A stretch of DNA of 64,000 nucleotides from Vicinamibacterales bacterium (GTDB lineage: Bacteria; Acidobacteriota; Vicinamibacteria; Vicinamibacterales; UBA8438). Of the stretch, positions 38,733 to 45,514 are shown in pieces. Under the pieces are notes generated by a model. That model saw nothing but the letters and a program-made list of their open reading frames with translations. It had not been told where the DNA came from and made no database searches. How positions within the stretch are numbered: the first letter of the stretch is position 1; the number at the start of each line of letters is the position of its first letter. The stretch covers positions 1,701,089 to 1,765,088 of the forward strand of contig CBDAVM010000002.1 of the NCBI GenBank assembly GCA_965200895.1, in the 5' to 3' direction. The translations under genes and the position numbers were made by a program.

Positions 38733-39860
38733 TCAGTCGCGTCCGGCGCCGTCCCCCGCCCCCGCGCGGGCATCCGCCTCCAGGATCCGCGCGCCGCCGA
38801 GAATGCCCCGGAACGAGTAGTTCGCCTCGTGGCAGGCGTACTCGTAAACCCGGTCGCGGGTGGCCGGCCAGACGTACTCGCCGCTCCAGGGCGCCGTCCA
38901 CACCGTCGGATCGTCGACGGTGAACCGGTACAGCAGCGCATCCGGGCCGATGCGGGTGAAGCGCTCGACCACGTGCAGGTTGCGCGATGCGCCGCCGAGG
39001 GCCGGCGTGTCGTTGAAGTTGGTGGTGTCGACCACCAGCGTGTCACCTTCCCAGTGGCCCACCGAGTCGCCGAGCCAGCTCCGCATCTCAGGCGGCGCGT
39101 GGGGCTGGTTCATCCGCACGATGCGCGCGTCGTGGACCATCTCGACGTGGATCAGCACGTGGTCCTCGGTCTGGACAATCTTCTTCAGGTTGTTGTAGAG
39201 CACGGGCAGCATCGGCGGACCGCCGACCGACCCGAAGCCGAGCAGGCAGCGCTCGGCGAGGGGCCGGATCTCGGGATCGTCGTAGGGGCCGGGCGCGTCG
39301 AGGTCGTCGTCGAGCCACCACGCCGTGCCGGTGTTCGGGCGGAAGAAGCGCGCCCGTTCCGCGGCGCGCGCCCGCGCCGCGTCGGTCAGGGGCGGACGCC
39401 GACCGTCCGGCGGGTCGGTGATGATCGATGTCCGCCACTCGCCGTCGATCCGGAAGACGCCGGTGCCGCGATCGATCCAGAACGTGTTGTAGCCGCCGAC
39501 GTTGCCCGCCGCGCCGCCCGAGCCGTCGCCGCCGACCGGCGGCGCCACCTGCTCGGCCTCCCGCACGCCGCTCTCGGCGTTGCGGGCCTCGCGTCGTTCG
39601 TCGGACCCGCTCGGCGCAATGCTGAAGAGCGTCCTGAGGGCGCCGGGATCGGATGCGACGATCGCCGCCTCCTCCGCGGTGAGCGTCCCGCGCGTACCGA
39701 AGCGCTGCGGGCGCTGCAGCGGCGTCAACGTCGCCGTGTCATAGGTGCCCGACAGATCGGGTCTGCCCTCGGCGGTGCGCGGGATACCGTCCTGCGCCGC
39801 CGCGGTGACCGGCAACGCCAGCCCGACCACCAGGATTGCGGCCATCAATCGACTGCCCAT
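38733..39860 (-). CDS. Secreted protein of unassigned family, paralog B ('YEYACHEANY')
   Basis: ATG 39860 follows GAGGAGA. Signal MGSRLMAAILVVGLALPVTAAAQ. Shares all conserved blocks with 8157..9146 and 39999..41012. Confidence 0.75.
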   Translation of the reverse strand: MGSRLMAAILVVGLALPVTAAAQDGIPRTAEGRPDLSGTYDTATLTPLQRPQRFGTRGTLTAEEAAIVASDPGALRTLFSIAPSGSDERREARNAESGVREAEQVAPPVGGDGSGGAAGNVGGYNTFWIDRGTGVFRIDGEWRTSIITDPPDGRRPPLTDAARARAAERARFFRPNTGTAWWLDDDLDAPGPYDDPEIRPLAERCLLGFGSVGGPPMLPVLYNNLKKIVQTEDHVLIHVEMVHDARIVRMNQPHAPPEMRSWLGDSVGHWEGDTLVVDTTNFNDTPALGGASRNLHVVERFTRIGPDALLYRFTVDDPTVWTAPWSGEYVWPATRDRVYEYACHEANYSFRGILGGARILEADARAGAGDGAGRD

Positions 39861-39971
39861 CGTCTCCTCTCGCATCCGGATGCGGCGAGCGGGGGGCGCC
39901 TGCGCGGCCCGTCCCCCGCCCCCAATCACCGCACGTACGTTCGCCGCCGGTCGCCCGAACAACCCTGCGGA

Positions 39972-39997
39972 AGTCCGCGCCGTCCACGGCGCAGACT
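39972..39997. repeat. REP-type hairpin directly after the stop codon of paralog C
   Basis: AGTCCGCGCCG-tcca-CGGCGCAGACT. Same GGAGTCTGCGCC/GGCGCAGACTCC core as the hairpins at 27362-27398, 43148-43182 and 49200-49238. Confidence 0.6.
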
Positions 39998-39998
39998 C

Positions 39999-41012
39999 CT
40001 AGCGGGCCGCCGCGGCCTCGGCCGCCGCCTCCTTCTCGCGCGCCCCGGCCATGATGTTGTACAGGCCGTAGTTGCCCTCGTGACAGGCGTACTCGAAGAT
40101 CGGGAAGTCGTTCTTCACCATCGGGATCCGGTAGGTCCACGGCTGGTCCCACGCGTTCGGGTCCTCGACCGTCACCTCGTACATCAGCGTCCCCTCGGAC
40201 ACCCGCGTGAAGCGCTCGACCAGGTGCAGGGCCGAGGTGGTGACACCGCGGCGGAAGCTGGTCTCGCGCAGGAAGTTCGTGGTCTCGACGACCAGCGTGT
40301 CGCCCTCCCAGCGCCCCCGCGAATCGCCCATCCACTGCCGCAGACCGTCGGGCAGACGGCCCCGCCCATCGAGCGGGATCACGCGCGAGCTGTGCACCAT
40401 CTCGTTCAGCAGCACCACGTGGTCTTCGGTCTGGAACACCTGCACGTTCTGGTTGTAGCCGCCCGGCGTCATCGGCGGTCCCGAGTTGAATCCGAGGATG
40501 CAGCGGACCGCGAACATGCCCGATCCGAGCGTGTCGAGGAAACCGCCGGGGGTCGGCTCGTGGCGGTTGACGCCCTCGCGCGCCCGCGCCTCCGCGTCCA
40601 GCTTCGCCTGCGCCGTCGCGTTCAGCGGCGGCACGCGGCCGTCGGGCGGGTCGATCACCAGCGATGTCTGGTTGGTCTCGCTCACCCTGTCGCCCGGATC
40701 GAACCAGAACTGGTTGTAGTTGCCGACGCCGTCGGCCGGCTCCAGCGTGTCGCGGATCTCGAAGGCGGCGAGGCGATCGGCCTCGTACTGCGCGGCCTCC
40801 TCCTCGGTGAAGAACGCCTGATCCGCCAGCGCTTCCGGCCGCTCGAACGGCGTCAGCGTCCTGAAGTCCCAGACCCCGTTCAGGTCCGGCGCCCCCCACG
40901 CCGTCCGCGGGGCATCCTCGGCCACGTCCTGGGCACGCGCCCCGGCCGGCGCCAGCATCAACGACAACGTGACGACGACAGCGAACGAAGACGTGAACAT
41001 GCCATTGGCCAC
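39999..41012 (-). CDS. Secreted protein of unassigned family, paralog C ('YEYACHEGNY')
   Basis: GTG 41012 sits 6 nt after AAGGAGAG (alternative ATG 41000). Signal FTSSFAVVVTLSLMLAPAGARAQ. Conserved blocks as in paralogs A and B. Confidence 0.75.
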   Translation of the reverse strand: MANGMFTSSFAVVVTLSLMLAPAGARAQDVAEDAPRTAWGAPDLNGVWDFRTLTPFERPEALADQAFFTEEEAAQYEADRLAAFEIRDTLEPADGVGNYNQFWFDPGDRVSETNQTSLVIDPPDGRVPPLNATAQAKLDAEARAREGVNRHEPTPGGFLDTLGSGMFAVRCILGFNSGPPMTPGGYNQNVQVFQTEDHVVLLNEMVHSSRVIPLDGRGRLPDGLRQWMGDSRGRWEGDTLVVETTNFLRETSFRRGVTTSALHLVERFTRVSEGTLMYEVTVEDPNAWDQPWTYRIPMVKNDFPIFEYACHEGNYGLYNIMAGAREKEAAAEAAAAR

Positions 41013-41039
41013 CGGAATCTCTCCTTCTGCGCCCCGGCC

Positions 41040-41125
41040 GGGTCCGGGGCCGCGTTCACCCGGAAGTCTGCGCCGATTGCGACCCGGTCCGGGTCCGGGA
41101 TCGCGTTCACCCGGAACTGCGCCGG
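41040..41125. repeat. Two direct ~35-bp repeats (51-bp period) upstream of paralog C
   Basis: GGGTCCGGGGCCGCGTTCACCCGGAAGTCTGCGCCG (41040-41075) and GGGTCCGGGATCGCGTTCACCCGGAA-CTGCGCCGG (41091-41125). Confidence 0.6.
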
Positions 41126-41300
41126 CCCCGTGGCGTCGGCGCAGACGACGTTGCACCTGGCAACAGGGCGATCCTATCGTCGGCGGCGGGCGGGCGCCAT
41201 CAGGAAACGTCCGCACCCGGCCGCCACCGGGTATACCCGGCATGCGGGTTGCGTGCGCCGGCCGGCCCGGGCGCCGGACCGCGCCGGCCGGAACCGCGCG

Positions 41301-42236
41301 CTACTGGCCGTCGAAGACGTACTGCACGACCGACTGCAGCCGCCCGGGCTCGGCGTTGAAGTCCCGCAGGTCGATCGGCACCGAGTACGAGCCGACCACA
41401 TCTTCGACCGACTGCCCGGCCGCCTGTCCCGCCCTGGCGGCGTCGACGATGCCGTTGTAGAAGGTGCTGTAGTTCACCAGATCATCCCAGACGAGCGTCT
41501 CGTCGTTGTGCCCCGGAATGATGATGTCGACGTCGGGGATGCCCGCCACCGCCTTCCTCAGCGTCTCGCCGAACTCGAGCGCGCTGCCGTTGCCGTTGGC
41601 CACGTCGAGGAAGGGCAGGCCCTTGCGGGCGAACATGTCGCCGGTGTGCACGGTGCGCGCGTTGCGGAAGACCACCCAGGTGTCGCCGTCGGTGTGCCCG
41701 CGTCCGAAGTAGTAGAGATCGATGGCGTCCGGGCCGCTGAACAGCGTCATGCGGTCCGCGAAGGTGGTCCGCGGCAGGTACTTCGCGTTCTCGCCCTTGA
41801 ACGCGTCGCAGTTGGTCACCGGCTCGCAGGTCTCGCGCGACATCTGCGCCGCCGTGTTCTCGTGCACCACGATGTTGACGGTGTCGGAGAACTCCACGTT
41901 GCCGCCGCTGTGGTCGTAGTGGGTGTGGGTGTTGATGATGGTCGTCACCGGCTTGGGGGTGATCTTCGCGATTTCGGCCAGGATGTCCTGCCCGTAGCCG
42001 TAGATCTTCGTGTCGACCAGCGCCACGCCGGCATCGGTCAGGAAGACGGCCGTGTTGCCGCCGCTGCGCATCCCCTGCTCGGCCGGGTCGTTGGCGAGCA
42101 TGTAGAGGTTGTGCGCCACCTCGTGCAGCACCAGGTTGGCGCGAGGCTCCGCCGCCGGCTCCTGCGCCACGTTGGCCACCACCGTCGCCAGAACGCCCGC
42201 TGCGGTCACGATTCCCAGACAGACCATGCGTCGCAT
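41301..42236 (-). CDS. Exported MBL-fold metallo-hydrolase
   Basis: ATG 42236 sits 7 nt after AGGAGGG. Signal MRRMVCLGIVTAAGVLATVVANVAQE. HxHxDH motif in INTHTHYDHSGGN; later GHTDGDT and PGHND. Confidence 0.8.
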   Translation of the reverse strand: MRRMVCLGIVTAAGVLATVVANVAQEPAAEPRANLVLHEVAHNLYMLANDPAEQGMRSGGNTAVFLTDAGVALVDTKIYGYGQDILAEIAKITPKPVTTIINTHTHYDHSGGNVEFSDTVNIVVHENTAAQMSRETCEPVTNCDAFKGENAKYLPRTTFADRMTLFSGPDAIDLYYFGRGHTDGDTWVVFRNARTVHTGDMFARKGLPFLDVANGNGSALEFGETLRKAVAGIPDVDIIIPGHNDETLVWDDLVNYSTFYNGIVDAARAGQAAGQSVEDVVGSYSVPIDLRDFNAEPGRLQSVVQYVFDGQ

Positions 42237-42589
42237 CTGCAATCCCTCCTGGACTCGCTCACCGGAGCGCCTTCGACTGTGCACGCCCTTCCCCGGCCGA
42301 CAGCCCCACCGGAATCTCTTCGCGCCGGGTGAGCAGATCCTACTGCCCACGGGCGGTGGAACGCCATCGCTCGCAGAAAGGTGATCAACACACCGAATGG
42401 CAGACCCACCCCACACGAGCACCAGCGATCTCGTAAGCCACTGATAACAAACGGTTTGCGGCCTTGTTACCGATACGCTGGCGCCTCCGGCAGAAACGGA
42501 TTGTTGGTCCGATTGCAGGAACGGTTCCCGGCCCCGTTCGTGGGAATGCCGTGGGAACAACCGTCAGCAGGAGCCGTCGCCGTCTTGAA

Positions 42590-43036
42590 CCGACACGCCG
42601 TCAACACGATGAACACCAGCAGGAGCCGCACCGCCTCGTCGACGTCGTCCGCCGCCCACACCGTCCGCACCGCGTCGGCGACCCGCTTATGCGGGAGATA
42701 CGGATGGTGATCCGGTTCCCGCTTCACCTTCGGCAGCAGCACCTTCAAGTCGGCCGCCGGGTTGTCCTGCCGGCACTTGTGGGCGACGGCGTACTGCATC
42801 ACGCTGTCGAGGCGCTGACGCAGCACGTACCCCTTCGAACCGCGGCCCTTCCAGAACGGAGCGACGATCTGCCGACAGTCGTCGAGCGTCACATCGTTGA
42901 CGACGCGGTCCCCGATGACCGGGAACACGAACGACTCGAACAGATTCCGCCACACCTGTTCGGTGGTCTTGCTGCGCCAACTCGTACTACGGTCCTTGAT
43001 CACCTGCTCGACGACGTCGCGCACCGTCGGCACGCG
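42590..43036 (-). pseudogene. Tyrosine recombinase (P4-type integrase) internal fragment, truncated at both ends
   Basis: TVRDVVEQVIKDRSTSWRSKTTEQVWRNLFESFVFPVIGDRVVNDVTLDDCRQIVAPFW...NPAADLKVLLPK...LLLVFIVLTACR matches the core-binding region up to the first catalytic Arg. The rest of the catalytic domain and the N-terminal DNA-binding domain are missing. Confidence 0.65.
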
Positions 43037-43100
43037 CACGCGCCGCGATGCGTGGCGGGCGAACGCGCCACCGAGGTCACAAGGCCTGCGACCTCGCAAG

Positions 43101-43245
43101 CCCGGAAAGCGTCGCCCGCGGCTCCGCTTCCCGCCCAGCCCGCCTACCAGGAGTCTGTGCCTTTCCACGGCGCAGACTCCTGGCCCGGAAAGCCTCGCCT
43201 GCGGCTCCGCTTCCCGCTCAACCCGCCTCCTAGCAGGAGTAGCAG
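43101..43245. repeat. Two tandem REP-family units (variant of R1/R2); the second runs into the 3' end of the RiPP precursor gene
   Basis: Both units start with a near-identical ~45-nt segment: unit a (43101-43182) CCCGGAAAGCGTCGCCCGCGGCTCCGCTTCCCGCCCAGCCCGCCT, unit b (from 43183) CCCGGAAAGCCTCGCCTGCGGCTCCGCTTCCCGCTCAACCCGCCT. Unit a continues ACCAGGAGTCTGTGCC-tttcca-CGGCGCAGACTCCTGG. Unit b continues CCTAGCAGGAGTAGCAG. Confidence 0.7.
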
Positions 43246-43511
43246 TACCAGGCGGCGCCGCCGGCGACGTTCTCGAGCTGTTCCTCGTCGAGCTCGGGCA
43301 CTGGCGGGAGGGCGATGTGGGCGTTCTCCATGTCAATCTGATGCACGTGCACCCGCATGCTGTCCGGGATTTCAACGCCGAATTCGCGGCTGATGACGGC
43401 CTTGGGGTCGGCCACAAATGCCGCCCGGAAGTGGGTATCCTCGCCCGCCTTGTCGACGATCTTCTGCCGGATCTCCTCCGCCGTCACCATCATGCTCTCG
43501 AAACTCGGCAT
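43230..43511 (-). CDS. NHLP (nitrile-hydratase-like leader peptide) family RiPP precursor, leader ...LENVAGG, core AAWYCYSC
   Basis: ATG 43511 sits 6 nt after AAGGAGG. Leader AEEIRQKIVDKAGEDTHFRAAFVADPKAVISREFGVEIPDSMRVHVHQIDMENAHIALPPVPELDEEQLENVAGG matches the NHLP leader pattern, including the double-Gly end. Followed by 8 residues with 2 Cys and 1 Ser. Confidence 0.8.
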   Translation of the reverse strand: MPSFESMMVTAEEIRQKIVDKAGEDTHFRAAFVADPKAVISREFGVEIPDSMRVHVHQIDMENAHIALPPVPELDEEQLENVAGGAAWYCYSC

Positions 43512-43691
43512 CTTCATCCTCCTTGCATGCACGGATGCCAGCCTGGCTTGCACGGAAGGCAGGCTTCCATACCCAGTGGTCTCCGAGCGAGACAGATGCG
43601 GCGTTCTGCATGCCGACCCCGCACCGAACCCCCTGCCACCGTACCACGTCTTCCGAACGTCAGGTCGCCCGCTCCACGGAAATCGTCCTCC

Positions 43692-44135
43692 ACCCACACC
43701 CTGCTCGTGACGGTCTGCAACGACTATCTCGACCGCCGCCACGACGACGTCAACCGGCGCCGCATCGCGTCCGGCGCGCCGTGGATGCTGCTGGCCCCGC
43801 GGGGTGAGCGGCCGCTCGTCGGACCGGTCTTCTCGGCCGGCGGAGCAGGGACCGTGCTGGGCCTGTCTCGCCCATCGCCTGCGCGGTCACCGGGAGATCC
43901 ACGAGTTCGTGCGCAGGCTCGCCGGCGACGACCGCGCGCCGGCGCCGCGGGTGTCCGAGCCGGTCGTGGACGCCGTGTACGACCTGGCCGCAGCCGAGAT
44001 CGCCAAGTGGCTGGTCCTCGACGCGCTGGCGCCGCTGCAGGCAGTGAGCGCCTCCGGCTGTACGAAACCTTCATCCAACCGGCCGCCGCGCGACTCCATG
44101 CGCACCTCCACATTCAACCCGGCGTACCATGGCTT
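43692..44135 (+). pseudogene. TOMM-type cyclodehydratase docking (SagC/E1-like) domain remnant with at least two frameshifts and no YcaO domain
   Basis: Frame 3: THTLLVTVCNDYLDRRHDDVNRRRIASGAPWMLLAPRGERPLVGPVFSAGG. Frame 1: GPCWACLAHRLRGHREIHEFVRR...AAAEIAKWLVLDALAPLQ. Frame 3 again: ERLRLYETFIQPAAARLHAHLHIQPG. Joined, these give the PWL...GP.F.PG..GPCW.CL..RL pattern of bacteriocin cyclodehydratase domains. Confidence 0.6.
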
Positions 44136-44241
44136 GCGGTCGAAGCCCGAACCGTCCCGGAGAACGACGGCGGGAAACATCAGCTCACGGCCGCAACACG
44201 ACCCAAACCTGAATCCGAGACCCAAGCCATCTGACGGTCCC

Positions 44242-45243
44242 ATGCACGACGAGACGTACAAGAAGCTCTTCGCCTCCCGCCACATGGTCGAGGACCTGGT
44301 GCGGGCCTTCGGCCCGGCCCCGATCGCCGACCAGATTGACTACACGTCGCTCCGACGACTGTCCTCCGAGCTGATCAGCCACGACCTGCAGAAGCGCTCC
44401 GGCGACACCATCTGGTCAGCCACGCTCCGCGCGGACGCCCACGCCAAACGAGCACAGAAGCTCTACCTGCTGATCCTGCTCGAGTTCCAGTCCACCCACG
44501 ACCACTGGATGGCGCTCCGCATGGCGGTCTACACCGCGCTGCTGTACCAGAACGGCATACGCGATGGAACGATCACGCCAGCAACCGGCCTCCCGCCCGC
44601 ACTCCCGATCGTCGTGCACAACGGTGACCGCCCGTGGCGCGCGCCCCGCTCGATGCGCGAGCTAAGCGCACTCAGCGACGAGAGTCTGCGCGAACACCAG
44701 CTCTCGCAGAAGTACGTGCTCGTCGATCTCCAGCAGACCAACGCCGACGACATCGCACCGGACAACCTGATGACCGCGCTCGCACGAATTGAGCAAAGCC
44801 AATCCGCCACCGACCTGCCGGGCGTGGTATCGTCGCTCGACGGGCTGCTCGGCCGACGACCCGGCAACGACGAACTCAGGAACACGTTCCGGATCTGGAT
44901 CGAGCAGCTTGCAGGACGGCTGTCCCCGGACCAGCCGCTCCCGCCCTCAGCAACGTTAGGAGAACTGAAAATGACCCTCGAGGAACGCCTCGCCGAGTGG
45001 CCCAAACAGTACATCGCGCAAGGTCGCGCCGAAGGCCGCGCCGAAGGTCAGCTCAACACTCTCTGTCAACTGGCTACAGCCAAGTTCGGTGCCGCCGCCG
45101 GGCAACCGACAGGCGAAGCGCTGGCCCCGCTGACCGACACCCACGCCCTCGACACCGCAGGCCGGCACCTGCTCACAGCTACCTCGCTCGACGACTTCCT
45201 CGCCCGTATCCGCTCCATCCCATCCCACAAGGCAACGCCGTAG
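44242..45243 (+). CDS. Rpn/YhgA-like recombination-promoting nuclease (PD-(D/E)XK putative transposase)
   Basis: Trimmed to ATG 44242. MHDETYKKLFASRHMVEDLVRAF...IDYTSL...GDTIWSATLR...KLYLLILLEFQSTHDHWMALRMAVYTALLYQ follows the Rpn-family pattern (HD..fK.lf, D, E.QS). Confidence 0.75.
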   Translation: MHDETYKKLFASRHMVEDLVRAFGPAPIADQIDYTSLRRLSSELISHDLQKRSGDTIWSATLRADAHAKRAQKLYLLILLEFQSTHDHWMALRMAVYTALLYQNGIRDGTITPATGLPPALPIVVHNGDRPWRAPRSMRELSALSDESLREHQLSQKYVLVDLQQTNADDIAPDNLMTALARIEQSQSATDLPGVVSSLDGLLGRRPGNDELRNTFRIWIEQLAGRLSPDQPLPPSATLGELKMTLEERLAEWPKQYIAQGRAEGRAEGQLNTLCQLATAKFGAAAGQPTGEALAPLTDTHALDTAGRHLLTATSLDDFLARIRSIPSHKATP

Positions 45244-45514
45244 CGCCGGGGGGCTCCGCCCCCGTGCTACACGGCCGGGCCAGCCCGCCACCCGCCCGCA
45301 AATCACGCCCCTTCAGCCGCCCGCACCCGCCCGTTCCACGGGTGCGATCTTGTACAGTGCGTCGTGATCAACCGTCGGTTGAAGTAGGATCATCCGTGGG
45401 AACGAAACAGGCCAGACGCCGTAAGCCATTGTGTTTACAGGACTTACGTCAGGGTCAGACGACCCACAGAAGCGTCGATTCCCATCCATCCAGGATTCGC
45501 ATACGCTTGCATCC

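Noticed and set aside
38655-42332. 1225-aa plus-strand ORF
   Set aside because: Antisense to four well-supported exported-protein genes. The composition is nonsense-like and no RBS is present.
43101-43245. Possible CRISPR array (repeated hairpin-containing units here and at 27308, 39972, 49200)
   Set aside because: There are only two adjacent units and no regular repeat-spacer periodicity. The copies are dispersed and in both orientations, and no cas genes are present. They behave as REP/MITE-like elements.
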